Assembly: GCF_963921235.1 (NCBI RefSeq)
Contig: NC_086097.1
Location: forward strand, 100,814,001 to 100,878,000
Reading direction: 5' to 3'
Length of the DNA stretch: 64,000 nucleotides
Source: Mobula hypostoma
Taxonomy: Eukaryota
The notes beneath the pieces are model-generated. The model did no database searches. It saw nothing but the letters and a program-made list of their open reading frames with translations, and was not told where the DNA came from. Made by a program: the position numbers and the translations under genes. Positions within the stretch are counted from its first letter, which is position 1. Each line of letters begins with the position of its first letter. Below, in pieces: positions 51,401-64,000 of the stretch.

Positions 51401-53590
51401 GAATTTCCCTTTCAAGTCCCACTTATTCTAACTCTTTTTTAACGCTCCATGACTGATTTAGTTTTTAAAGAATGGGACAATTTGGGTATTAAATGTTTTT
51501 GGGATCTGTTTGTTGGAGGAAATCTTTTTTCATTTGAGCAACTGTCAGCTTACCCAAAACTCACTTCTTTAGATACTTACAAATCAGAGACTTTCTCAGA
51601 TCTCAATTATGCACATTTCCTATAAGCTCAGATAAGAACTTACTACACGCAATTTTCAATTTGACACCTTTTCATAATGGTTCAATATCTAATATTTATG
51701 GCATGTTACTGGAGACGAGGAATGTTCCTTTAGACAAAATTAAGAATCTCTGGGAATAAGATTTACAGACATCAATATCTGAGGAAACTTGGAATAAAAT
51801 TTTTAAACTGGTTAATACTTCATCGTTATGTGCTCGCCATTCCCTCATACAATTTAAGGTGGTAGTAGAGCTCATATAACTAAGGATAAGCTATCTCGTT
51901 TTTATTCGGATATATCTCCCTACTGTGACAGATGTAATAATGGAGAAGCTTCATTAATTCATATGTTTTGGACTTGTCCGAGTCTTGAAAAATATTGGAA
52001 GGAAGTTTTTCAAGCTTTTTTTTACTTTTCAAAGTCAATTTTAAGCCTAATCCTCTGACGGCCCTATTTGGTATTGTTGCCGGACAAGATATCAAGCTGA
52101 AGATATCTGACTTACTTATTTTGACCTTTAGCTCTCTTATAGCTAGGAGGGTGCTTTTGTTTAGATGGAAAAATGTTTTTCCTCCTACTCATGCTCAATG
52201 GTTATATGACGTTATGTCATGCTTAGACTTAGAGAAGATTTGTTGTTCAATTTCTGAATCTCATCAAGACCTTCAAACATTGTGGGGACCTTTTCTGAAT
52301 TATTTTCAAAACGTTCAATTCATTGTTTCAATTCAAATGTTGGCTATTATTATTTTTTATTATATGAGAAGGTATTTTAGCTTTTTTCTCCTTAATAAAC
52401 AGCTTCGGTCTTGGTAGGGAGTTAGATTCTTTTTTTTGTAATAAATTAGTATATTTCAATATAACTACTGATTAACTTACATGAATATGGGGTAATGAGA
52501 TTGTTATTATGGATAGATATAATGTAATTGGCAGTTTTAAAAAATCTTTTTTGACCTTTTATATATACTTCCTTGTACTCTGTATTCTTCTATGTAGAAA
52601 CTAATAAAAAATATTGGAAAGAATACTACTTCCAGCTATAAGTTTCTTTCGGCCATGCTTCAGGGATGCCCACAATATCATGCACGCCAAACAGTAACTG
52701 TGCTACAAGTTCATCAGCCTTATTCCGTATACTGACTGCATTTCAATGTAACACCTTCAGTCCTATATTCATTACCCTGTTCAATTTTGTCCCTCTTTTA
52801 CATTTCAACTCATCCTATTGAATGCAATTTTGCTCTATCATCAACCTAACCTTGCTGGCAGTCTCATTACACACTGCCTCTATTTGTAAACCAACTACCC
52901 TATCCTCAGCCCTGTCTCTCCAGTTTCCATCCACTTGCCAAATTAGTTTAAACCCTCCTGAACACCTCTAGCAAACTTGCAAGGATATTGGTTCTCCTCG
53001 GATACAGGTGTCACCCATCCCTTTTGTAGCCAGAAAAGATCCCAATGATCGAGAGACTTGAAACCCTGCCCCCTGCACAATTTCCTCAGCTAAATCATCC
53101 TATTTTTACTCTCACTTGTGTATGGCACAGGCAGCAATCCAGAAACTACTATCCTGGAGGTCCTGCTATTCAACTTTCTACCTAGCACCCTAAAATTTCT
53201 GTTCAGAACTTGCTCACCTTTCCTACCTATGTCATTGGTGCCAATATGTACCAAGACTTTTGGTTGCTCACCACCCGATCCAAGAATCCCTGATCCTGGC
53301 ACCTGAGAGGCAACATACTATCCAGGTGTCTCTATCATGCCCACAGAATCTGGTCTCTATTAGCTATGGAAAATCCTATCACTGCTACAGTGCTCTTCAC
53401 CTCTCTTCTCTTCAGAGCCACAGCACCAGACTCAGTGCCAGAGACCCGGTCACTGCGGCTCCCCCGGTAGTTCATCCCCCTCAACAGTATCCAAGGTGGT
53501 ATACTTTATTATTGAGGGGAATAGCCACAGGGGTACACTGCATTGGCTGCCCATTTCCTTTCCTTCTCATGACACTCATCAGCAGCCTGC
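45407..53590 (-). mobile_element. Old CR1 interrupted by the L1 (45407-46927 and 52634-53590)
   Basis: KSPGPDG, QSQHGFLKGKSCLTNLLEFFE on the left; ORF1 VHIGTNDIG..VVSGLLPVP on the right. Confidence 0.85.
46942..52619 (+). mobile_element. Apparently full-length, decayed L1-clade LINE
   Basis: ORF1 (LENRNRRNNL.VLGL.E, HR, RPRSVII.F); ORF2 from 48569 (SFNVKGL, LQETH, NVYAPN, LDAEKAFDRVEW, RGTRQGC, YADD, C..C..HMFWTC); AATAAA end; 14-bp TSD AGAATACTACTTCC (46928-46941, 52620-52633). Confidence 0.93.
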
Positions 53591-54084
53591 CAGCTCTCCA
53601 GCTGCTCTCCCATTACTTAGTTTTCTGGCTAATGGTACATACTTTGAATCTTTGAACTAATTCACCCAAATCTTGCCACTGTGTCCCCTTGTTTGAAACT
53701 TTTCCAGTGGTGAAAACATCTCAACCTACCAAGTCATATTCACTTCAATAAGCCAGAAGTCAAACACCACCAAGTTCACTGGACCAACCTGCACGACCTA
53801 AACATTACAGGTTAGCAAAACTATGACCACTTTGACGACTTTACATTAACATTACATTACTTTATAATTCTTATTTTGTATTCTAATTGTGTTATTTCTT
53901 GTAAAAATTGTGTATAGTTTGTGTTTTTCTTGTGAATGCTTCCATGACCCTATGTGCCTGTGTTGTTACTGGGAGTAAGTTTCTTATAGCAGTGGTACAT
54001 ACTGTACATGTACTTTTACTTAGGTCAAACTCAGCTTTGACTTTGGGAAAGAAACTACAGAACAGCACTGAATTTTCTCTGTAC

Positions 54085-54770
54085 TCTCACAAATATGAGA
54101 AAATCTGCAGAACTTGGAAATCTGAAACAACACATGCAAAATGATGGAGGAATGCAGATGGTCAGGCAGGATTATTGGGAAAGAGTAAACAGTCGGCATT
54201 TCGGACCCTTCATCAGGACTGGAAAGAAAGGAAAGTCAAAGTAAGAAGGTGGGGGGAGGGGAGTAAGTCGTACAAAGTGGTAGGTGATAGGTGAAACCAG
54301 GAGAGGGGAGAGGGTAAAGTAAAGAGGGTGAGCTGGGAAGTTGATTGCTGAACTGGAGGGCTGGAGAAGGGGGAATCTGATAGGAGAGGATAGAAGGCCA
54401 TGGAAGAAAGGGAAGGAGCAGGAGCACCAGAAGGGGTGATGGGCAGTTAGAGAGATATGGTGAGAGAGGAAAACAGGAATGCAGAATTGTGAAGGGGAGG
54501 GGGGCATTACCAGAAGTTTGAGAAATCGATATCCATGCCATCAGGTTGGAGGCTACCCAGATAGAATATAAAGTGTTGCTCCTCCAACCTGGGCGTGGCC
54601 TCATTGTGGGAGTAGAGGAGGCCATGGACTGACATGTTGGAATGGGAATGGGAAGTGGAATTGAAATGGATGGCTTCTGAGAAATTCTGCTTTTTCTGGC
54701 GATTGGTGTATAGGTGCATGGTGAAGCTGCCTCTCAGAGGTAGATTGGCCTGCTGAGTTCCTCTCTTTGT
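54085..54770 (-). mobile_element. Penelope-like element 3' part (GIY-YIG C-terminus and terminus)
   Basis: HFNSTSHSHSNMSVHGLL...RLEEQHFIFYLGSLQPDGMDIDFSNF; degenerate hammerhead at 54190-54222. Confidence 0.82.
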
Positions 54771-54859
54771 ACTCCGTACATTTCCAGTGTCTGTTCAAAT
54801 TACTTTCTAGCTGACCAGCAGCAGAAATAGCTAGTGTTGATACATACAGTGAGAAAGCA

Positions 54860-55870
54860 ATTAGATCCCATATAAACCCAGAAAATTGCAACATGCCCAT
54901 GTGCAAGGTACAGTTCCTCAAGCCTTTATTGGGCTTCATTACAACAGTACAGTAGGCCACAGACAGACAAGTCAGATGGGGATTTAATGTGGCAGGGAAC
55001 AGGAAGCTGAGGCTCATCTTGGAGGACTGAACACAAATGCTGCATGACATGGTCATCCCAATTTACAGTGTGAGCATTGAATGCAGGACTAAGTCAACAG
55101 AGGGACTGTTTGGCTGTCTGGAGGGTTGCTGTTGTTCCTTCTGGTGCCTTGCGGTACATCGTTTCTTTAGCATTTTGTTTGTTTCTTTTTTCGAGGCCGA
55201 GTTGCTAGCCTGCCGCTCAATCCAGCACAGATGAAAAGTATGCAAGGATCCGGCCGGATTCAAATTCGCCTCACAGTCCGGTGTGGATGGCACTACACCA
55301 CTGGCCTGCTTTCTCTGCTGAGTGAGGTGCTAATAGGACAGAATTTGCATCTCTTGTCGTGGCATGGGAAAGTGGTGGAAGGACAATGATTGGTAGAGAC
55401 AGAACAGTAGATGAGGAAATCCTGAGGGAAGAGTCTCTTCAGAATGTTGAACGGGTAGATTAGTTTGGTGATAGAATCTCACTGAAGGTACCAGAAATTG
55501 GAACAGGTGATCCTTAGAAGGTGGAGGCTGGTAACCAGAAAGCACATGTAGGGATACTCTGTCCAGCAGAGTGGCAGAGAGTAGAGGTGCAGGAGATGTG
55601 GTCAAGTGTTCTACAAATGCGATAGTGTGGAAACCACTATCTCGGGGTCACCTGTGTGGAAAGTCTCATGATCAAAGCAGACACAGTAACTTGGAGAAGT
55701 CAGGAAGGGAGAAGGTATAGTCAAGATAACTGAAAGTCTGTAGGTGTGTAATGTATAATTGTTGCTAGTTTCTGTGAGATGGAAACAGAATCCAGAAAGG
55801 AAAGAACCACAATTGAAGCATGTGAAAGTGAGAGCAGAGTGGAAATTAGCTGTGAAAGTAGTGAACTTTG
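54860..55870 (-). mobile_element. Older Penelope-like remnants
   Basis: ANFHSALTFT-type RT/linker remnant and a second decayed HFN/GLL-type segment. Confidence 0.5.
55135..55305 (-). mobile_element. tRNA-derived SINE
   Basis: Minus strand A-box-like TGGTGTAGTG and B-box-like TTTGAATCC. Confidence 0.55.
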
Positions 55871-57439
55871 AGTTCTTTATTACTGGAAAAGTGTACAAGG
55901 TCAGACTTGTAGTTGCAGGTGTATATACAACCTCTGTGATAACCTCCTTGGTGAATCCAAAAATGCCTCTCTCAAATACCTTCAACTACCTTTAACTCAC
56001 CAATGACAGCAAACAACTATTGAAGACACCAGCAACTCAAAAGAACTGCACAAATTGCCAAATCAAATAAATTAGCAAAGAATCTACACAATAATTAATG
56101 AACCCTAATGAAAGTGCTGGAAAATGCTATTTACATTATATTCAATTTTCAGGAGTTGGATCACTGGGTAAGGTCGTGTGAGGGTAGTGGTAAGCTGACT
56201 TAAATCCAGTGTTGTTGGGAAGCCCAGCACCTGAGCCTAATGACATGATAGAATACTGTGCAACTTGCAGCAGCTCATGTCTCATTGCATCCGTTTCATT
56301 TATCTAGCCTGGCGGCACAGCTCATGGGTCTGGAATGTGCCTACACAGCAGCCTGGCAAATAAATGAAGCTCATTTTGTTAATGGTGTACATTGCAGCTA
56401 ATGAGTACCAGTAATAGAGAGAATGAAAGTTTAGTGTCATATCTAGTGCAATCAAGTGGGCTACTTTGAATTCGATGTTGAACTTCTTAACCTTTGCTGA
56501 AGCTGCACTCATCCAGAAAAGTCAAGATATTTCACCTCACCTGACTTGCATCTTTAAGGTGATGCAAATTCTTGAGCACATTATTAGCCTCAGAACACAA
56601 AGCCTCTGACCTGCCTCTGTAGTGACAATATTTATGTGGCTTCAATCTGCTTCACATCACATAAAGCTGTGCAAGGTTCAGAAAGATCATAGAGTGAAAC
56701 ACAGAGCTCTAAACTGTGGTGATCTGCCTGTTCTGTTTCATGCATTTAGTGCTCAGGAACTAACTCATTTACAAATATACATTCAGCACACTTCCAGTTG
56801 GAAATATACCAAAGACAATAGTTTGTATTCGTAAGTATCCTCACTGCAACTAAAACATGGGCATTACCAAGCCTAATTTCCACTCTCCCCCCACCCCCAG
56901 CAGTCCACACTATGCCTTTCCATTAATGGTTATTTATGATTTTGATCATTCTCAAAACTCCCTTTCCTCTCAATAGGAACTGCCCTCCTGACATTGATCT
57001 TATCCACTTATATTGCAGTATCCTCTCTGAAAATCTTGGTGTTCTTTCCCCATCCCGTGTACACTTCATCCTTCTATGGTTGCTATCTGAATGCTATTTT
57101 TCCCTTCATGCCACCTTCTAGGATTGCTGCAGGCCAATCAAGAACAGGTGAATGAAATTCATAATATACCATCAGAAACCATTTATGGAGGTTCTTGTGG
57201 CAAGAACTTTGTTTAAATAGATGAAAGAACACAGGCTGTATTCTTTAGATTTATCTATTTGAAATCAATTTTAAAAATTACTCTTCATAGCTTATTCATA
57301 CTTCAGCATATTTCAGACTTACCCACACTAAAATGTAGTTAACACACCAGCAAGATAAAACAAAATTTTAACAAGAACATTTACTTCTAGACAAATAGCA
57401 TAATCCAAGGAATGGAACATTTTCTTAGTGGTTGTGATT

Positions 57440-57700
57440 TTGTGGCAGCTAACCACCATGCATACTGAGTTCTTGGGTGTAGACCTGTAGATTCAAGTTG
57501 AATCCCAGCACGGCAGCTAGGGAATCAAGTAATTAAATAAATCTGGCAATTTAACCAAAAACAAGACTTGGTAACATTAACCATGGAAGTACTTGACTGT
57601 TGCAAAAAACTACCAGGTTCATTGTTTACCTACCATGTTTATCTCATCTGGCATGTGTATAATTTCAGAACCACTGATTGGTTGACCTTTAACTGACTCC
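57440..57700 (+). mobile_element. Deu-domain (SacSINE-like) SINE remnant
   Basis: B-box-like GTTGAATCCC followed by TTAAATAAATCTGG...CCATGGAA...AAAAAC...GGTTCA. Confidence 0.5.
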
Positions 57701-58788
57701 TCAGTGGAAGCAACATAAGTATTATCAAGATCCTGAGAATTAATAAATTTTAAAAATCTATTTCCAAGAATCTACTTGTCAATTAATACAAATACATCTC
57801 AAGAAATTTCAGCATGTTGCATAAAATACTGATGCCCTGCCTTGCAAAGTGGCAACATGATTTTCACTGGTGGCATTCCAGTTTACAAATTTAAGAATAA
57901 AACTGCTGTGAATTACATACAAACTAGTCTGCATTTGAAAAAGGTTCTAGTGCTTTCCCAGCATATATGATGAATAAATTCTTCTCGGGCTTCCATCCAG
58001 TTTGTAGCTTGCATTTATTTACTAGTCTGAATTGAGAGACTGTGATCCTTAACATTCAATGAAACACGTAAGCAGTTAGGAAATACTATCCTCAGGCTTA
58101 TTTTATCAGTTATTGGTTCTGAAGGAAGAAACTTCAAGTGTGCTCTGATTTATGGGTAAATATTTGAACTACACGACTGTACCCTTCTTTGACAGAACCA
58201 TTTACATATTGTGAAGCACGCAAATCCAAAATCAGAATGCGTAAAAGATTGAAAGATAAAGTTTACAAAGTAAACTTAAAGGGAGTAAACTATATAGAAA
58301 GTCATGTCTGATTCCAAGAGCAAGATACTGCTGATTTTCTAAATCTGAAATCAGATCATCAGTCTGAAACATTTAACTTGATTTCTCTCTACAATGCTGT
58401 GACCTGCCCTGCTTTATTTAAGAGTGTCTCAGTGTTACTGGGTGCTATATCTGGGAGGTTACACCAATGGTTTCCTGTTTGAGAAGTTCCTGATAAGTTC
58501 TATCACTGCAAATGTTAAGTTATGCTTATGTTTCTCAGAAGAAATTGAGGAGATAAGTCCAATTCACCCAGATCCAATAAAATTGATCTTGTGAATATAT
58601 GGCAATGAACAATCCTAGAAAATTTCCAGATCCTTACATGGTAGTAATCCTCAATGCAATAGCTTAAATTTTCATTAAAAATTGTCATTGCAATTTGCAT
58701 AACAATTATTAACATTATCTTTGAGATCACCAAATACATAGCTACAAAACACATTATGCAACATTTCTCTGCATTGGTTTTAACTTAC

Positions 58789-58968
58789 CTGCCAGTCTTT
58801 CTCACAGCACTTCTTTTCAGTATCATATTTTACCATCTCAAAGTCAGAGCTGCCCCAGTTCTGCACATGACGTCGACTTCCAACTTTCTTATCCCCCTCA
58901 GGCAAGGGACCTGTACGCCGACGATCATCCAGGAAATTTCTAAATGGATTCCTGTCAACTTTTCCTTC
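58789..58968 (-). CDS. CCDC9B: CCDC9-family internal exon, 180 nt (EGKVDRNPFRNFLDDRRRTGPLPEGDKKVGSRRHVQNWGSSDFEMVKYDTEKKCCEKDWQ)
   Basis: Frame missed by the ORF track; matches the CCDC9 NP.RNFLDD.RR.GP...SRRH..NWG..DFE motif; tttttag| acceptor and CAG|gtaagt donor; phase 0-0. Confidence 0.92.
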
Positions 58969-59159
58969 CTAAAAATTGGGATAAAGTAGTTCTTATTATT
59001 TTCTATCCCTTTCATGTTATTTTGCCACATTATGAGCATAGTAACAAAAATATAACCATGTGCTATCTTTCAGATCACTCAAAGTTTCAAAATTGATGAG
59101 GTCAAAATTGATGATGCCAGAGGTCAATTTTTTAAGCATGTATTCTTACTTCCAGCACA

Positions 59160-60825
59160 GCAAACATAGAAAACTTAAAAAACCTACAGCACAATACAGG
59201 GCCTTCGGCCCACAAATCTGTGCCGAACATGTCCCTACCTTAGAAATTACTAGGGTTACCCATAGCCCTCTATTTTTCTAAGCTCCATGTACCTATCCAA
59301 GAGTCTCTTACAAGATCCTATCGTATCCACTTCCACCACCATCGCCGGCAGCCCATTCCCTGCACTCACCACTCTTTGCGTAAAAAACTTACCCCTCACA
59401 TCTCCTCTGTACCTACTTCCAAGCACCTTAAAACTGTGCCCTCTTGTGCTAGCCATTTCGGTCCTTGGAAAAAGCCTCCCACACGATCAATGCCTCTCAT
59501 CATCTTATACACCTGTATCAGGTCACCTCTCATCCTCTGTCTCTCCAAGGAGAAAAGGTCAAGTTCACTCAACCTATTCTCGTAAGGCATGCTCCCCAAT
59601 CCAGACAACATCCTTATAAATCTCCTCTGCACCCTTTCTATGGTTTCTACATCCTTCCTGTAATGAGGCGACCAGAACTGAGCACAGTACTCCAAGTGGG
59701 GTCTGACCAGGGACGATTGATGAAGACCAATGCACCATATGCCTTCTTAACCACACAGTCAGCTTGTGCAGCAGCTTTGAGTGTCCTAAGGACTCGGACT
59801 CCAAGATCCCTCTGATCCTCCACACTACCAAGACTCTTACCATTAATACTATATTCTTCTAGCATATTTGACCTACCAAAATGAACCGCTTCACACTTAT
59901 CTGGGTTGAACTCCATCTGCCACTTCTCAGCCCAGTTTTGCATCTTATCAATGTCCCGCTGTAACCTCTGACAGCCCTCCACACCATCCATAACACCCCC
60001 AACCTTTGTGTTATCAGCAAATTTACTAACCCATCCTTCTACTCCCTCATCCAGGTCATTTATAAGAATCATGAAAAGTAGGGGTCACAGAACAGATCCC
60101 TGAGGCACACCACTGGTGACCGACCATGCAGAATATGACCCGTCTACAACCACTCTTTACCTTCTGTGGGCAAGCCAGATCTGGATCCACAAAGCAATGT
60201 CCCCTTGGATCCCATGCCTCCTTACTTTCTCAATAAGCCTTGCATGGGGTACCTTATCAAATGCCTTGCTGAAATCTATATACACTACATCTACTGCTCT
60301 ACCTTCATCAATGTGTTTAGTCACATCCTCAAAAAATTCAATCAGGCTCGTAAGGCACGACCTGCCTTTCAGAAAGCCATGCTGACTATCCCTAATCATA
60401 TTATACCTCTCCAATTGTTCATATATCCTGCCTCTCAGGATCTTCTCCATCAACTTACCAACTACTGAAGTAAGACTCTCTGGCCTATAATTTCCTGGGC
60501 TATCTCTACTCCCTTTCTTGAATAAGGAAACAACATCCGCAACCCTCCAATCTTCCGGAACCTCTCCCGTCCCCATTGATGATGCAAAGATCATCGTCAG
60601 AGGCTCAGCAATCTCCTCTCTCGCCTCCCACAGTAGCCTGGGGTACATCTCATCCAGTCCTGGTGACTTGATGCTTTCCAAAAGCTCCAGCACATCCTCT
60701 TTCTTAATATCTACATGCTCAAGATTTTCAGTCCGCTGTACATCACCCCTACAATCGCCAAGATCCTTTTCCATAGTGAATACTGAAGCAAAGTACTCAT
60801 TAAGTACCTCTGCTATCTCCTCCGG
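59160..60825 (-). mobile_element. CR1 LINE, 5'-truncated, with several lesions
   Basis: VPEDWRVA, SQHGFLKGRSCLT, DFSKAFDKVPH, KFADN; same tail family as 1253-1742 and 11052-11885. Confidence 0.93.
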
Positions 60826-62084
60826 TCGGGCTAAGTCCCCATGTCTTCCTTCAGTAAGCTGTTTAAGTGTTCCCTGCCATTTGTACTCTCCATTACATAA
60901 TAGAGATCATTTGGCCCCACAGATCTCCCCGCCATTCAATGTGACAATGGCTGATCGGCCCCAGGACTCATCGAATCCATGCCAGCCTCCATGGCCATTG
61001 ATTCCTGAAAAGCGGGATTATACCAGGTTAAGCCTCTGGCTTGATAGAGTGAGGGATATACAAGCTTACAGAGTTGATGAGATACATTTCTGCTGCTGAT
61101 GGTGGTCCACAGCACTTCATGGATGCCTATTTCTGAGTTGCCAGTTCTTTTTAGAGTCTTATCATCAGGATTGCTTAATGACATTTCCAGTACACAAGTG
61201 TAATGGAAAATAAAATAATTTTTACTCCAGATCCAATATGGCACAAAAAAACACAATGTTAAGGAACACAATAATAATCTTTTAAAAACACTCAATAAAT
61301 ATAAATACGCAAGATAATTTATATGTATAGATTGATTATATGTCTATAAAGTGACGCCAGGCACTGGATTGTCTGTGGTGTGTGGTGACTTTTAGCATAA
61401 TAAAGTCCCACCTTCGCAACAAGTGTTCAAGTGCTCACTGCCACCAGGGCTGACAGAGCTGGCAGCTATATCCTTCAAGACACTGCCAGTTCAGTCATTA
61501 CCCCTTAGAGGGTTTTGGGCTAAATGCAGGTAGATGAGACTAGCTTACTTGGCAAACAGTCAACATTCATGAATTGGACCAATGGGGCCTGTTTTTGTGC
61601 TGTACCACACTAAATACAGTGTCAGTTTCAGTGCTTCTTCCAAATGTTGTTCCACATGAAGAAATACAAATTGGAGGGAAGCCATGTTTGACCTGATACC
61701 CTAAGACCTCAAGGGGTTTGGAGTTAACATTGCTGGGTTGCTCCTTCTAACCTGCATACCATTATATTGGCATCTCCGGTGACTCTGTCCAGTCAGATAT
61801 TGTGATGTAAGAGTCTGACCCATGGTTTAAGTCTGACTCTGATTACAACCATATCAGTTTGCTGCTGACAAGCCAATGAACCACTCTTAAATTAGATACC
61901 TAAATGTTTGTCAGAAAGACTTCGTATGGTTGAATGAATTGAGAGTGACTTTGCTGTGTCTACATTCAATGACAGATGATCCATCTGATTTTATTCTTTG
62001 TGATTCTAGTGATAATATAATTACTGGGTGGCTTATTTACTGGGTCCCTTTCAGAGTTGAGCTTTCAAACCGCCTGTACAGCCT

Positions 62085-62570
62085 GGCATTTTTGCAGTGT
62101 GAACCGAAGTCTCGAGGGTGCAGGATGGTTGCGGGCTGGACCGAACTGAGATGGCGGGGCCTGGGTCTGAGAGCAAAGAATGAGCCAGTGTTTGGCCGAT
62201 TTAAGCATTGGGCCAGATTGAAAAGGTGAAGGTGTTAGGAGCGGAGGAGAGGGACGGGATGGTGTTCAGCTCACTGCTCCACAAGGTTTGCTCATCTTTG
62301 CACTGAACTGAGGCTGTGGCCTGCAACTAATGGGCTCCTGGACCTGCTAGTGATGACTGGCTTTGTGGCTGTGAACTTACTTTTGTGAACTGAATGTTAT
62401 TTACTTCCTCTTTATTGTTTGCACGATTTGTTCTTTTCTTTTTGCACATTGGGTGTTTGGTGGTCTTTTTAAGTTGGTTCTGTTGGGTTTCTTTGTTTTG
62501 TGGCTATTTGTAAGGTGGCGAATTTCAAGGTTGTATACAGTACACATTGATAATAAATGCACTTTGAATT
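62085..62570 (+). mobile_element. Non-coding Rex-tail element fragment
   Basis: Ends AGGTTGTATACAGTACACATTGATAATAAATGCACTTTGAA, as in 14097-18290 and 32710-33486. Confidence 0.6.
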
Positions 62571-62599
62571 TTGTTAAGCTATTTTTCACAGTGATTTGA

Positions 62600-62870
62600 G
62601 AGTCAACAACATTGAATGGGCCAGGTATAGAAGGAAGATTTCCTCTTCACATTTTAGTGAACTTTATGGATTTTCTACAACAATCCAGTGATTTTTGAGG
62701 AATAGTTGCAATTATTCTAATTTACACATTAATTGAACTTAACTTCTACACCTGTCATGGTGGGATTTAAACTCTGGTTTCTGGACTGTTAGTCCTGGCC
62801 CTAAGCCATGGTGGGATTTGAACTTGCATTTCTGGACTGTTAGTCTTAACGCTAGTACAGTAACTTAACC
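62600..62870 (-). mobile_element. Deu-type SINE remnant with a ~51-bp tandem duplication of the B-box region
   Basis: CATGGTGGGATTT(A/G)AACT...TTTCTGGACTGTTAGTC occurs twice (62756-62846). Confidence 0.55.
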
Positions 62871-63311
62871 ACAGCCCCATCACTGTCACACCATCAATGA
62901 AAGAGGCACATCCACACCGAAATGGTCAACCGGACTGCTGCCAGCGCTCTCACAACCATCTTCTTCCACCTTTTTAAATTGCTTTTCTTAGTTTTCGCAA
63001 TACCATACTATGAACTCAATGCCAATGTCTTCAGGACCCTCAGTGGTTGCCAGCACCCAAACTCCAAACCTAATCACCTTTTTGCATGAACATTTACTAG
63101 ACAGTTTCTAACAATTAGGGAATTTATTTATGTATATGGATTAGAGAAGTAATGGTTGTTCTCCTTAGACCAGAGATCTTTCGACACACTCAGCGATTCA
63201 GGAACACTTTCTTCCCCTCTGCCATATGATTTCGAGGTGGACATTGAACCTATGAATACCACCTCACTACTTTTTTTTATTTGTTTGTTTTTTTTTAACT
63301 ATTTATTTTAA

Positions 63312-63605
63312 ATAGAAACATAGAAAACTTACTGCACAATGCAGGCCCTTCAGCCCACAATGCTGTGCCAAACATGTATTTATTTTAGAAATTACCTAGG
63401 GTTACCCATAGCCCTCTATTTTTCTAAGCTCCATGTACCTATCCAGGAATCTCTTAAAAGTCCCTAACGTATCCACCTTCACCACCGTGGCCAGCAGCCC
63501 ATTCCACGCACTCACCACTCTCTGCGTAAAAAAAATTACCCCTGACATCCCCTCCATACCTACTTGCAAGCACCTTAAAACTGTGCCCTCTCATGTTAGC
63601 CATCA
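63312..63605 (-). mobile_element. CR1 3' end fragment
   Basis: Same 3' sequence and tail as 1253-1742. Confidence 0.88.
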
Positions 63606-64000
63606 GACTCACTGCTTCAGTTTTAACTTAACTATTTAATAGATATACGTTTGTATATATATTCTGTATATGCATGTCTGTGTGTGTGTGTATGTGTATA
63701 TATATATATATAATAAATAAATAAATATATGCATGTGTCTGTACTTATTGCAATTCAGGGTTTATTTCTCTATATTTATTTATCATGTATCGTATTGCTG
63801 CCGTAAAGTTAACAAATTTCATGACATATGTCGGTGATATCAAACCTGATTCTGATTCTGAGCGGATCTGATAGAAGTACGTATGTAAAGATATAGACAG
63901 AACAGGTAGAGCAAATTTCTTACTGCTAACAAAGGGATCAAGAACCAAAATGAAGGTAATTGACCAAAAGTCCAAAGGCAATGTAATGGCAATGGCACAG

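Noticed and set aside
54190..54222. Further hammerheads at 54.2 kb, 28.45 kb, 39.87 kb and 3.9 kb
   Set aside because: Core or stem II is mutated or deleted; only decayed Penelope termini
62890..62975. Possible upstream host exon (VEEDGCESAGSSP...)
   Set aside because: No polypyrimidine acceptor, no clear donor, no family similarity
1..64000. CRISPR array, prokaryotic operon or defence system
   Set aside because: No repeat-spacer array or bacterial gene organisation; the RTs are eukaryotic LINE, LTR and Penelope types and the host gene is spliced

Overview
Eukaryotic, repeat-dense intronic DNA. The repeat complement (CR1 with (TTTCTATG)n tails, Rex1/Babar, RTE, L1, Penelope-like termini, Deu-type SINEs, Tc1/pogo) points to a vertebrate, most likely a cartilaginous fish (inference). 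The only host gene found is a minus-strand CCDC9-family gene (CCDC9/CCDC9B), seen as three well-supported exons (58789-58968, 31127-31311, 22038-22090) and a probable 34-nt micro-exon (3350-3383), all with GT-AG ends and compatible phases. Most of the rest is transposon-derived and often nested. Highlights: (1) a complete 4.07-kb non-autonomous Gypsy LTR element (4917-8986) in which RNase H/integrase are replaced by intronless, patchwork myosin heavy-chain rod sequence in frame with Pol; (2) a CR1 with an open 999-codon ORF2 that has no usable AUG but has a U_UUA_AAC -1 slippery site at the ORF1 stop leading into the ORF2 frame; (3) a near-identical inverted CR1 pair flanking two host exons; (4) Penelope-derived hairpin insertions with minimal hammerhead ribozymes; (5) an LTR whose primer-binding position is a perfect 33-bp inverted copy of its own sequence. 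Family assignments come from motifs recognised by eye, not database searches, and boundaries of old repeats are approximate.
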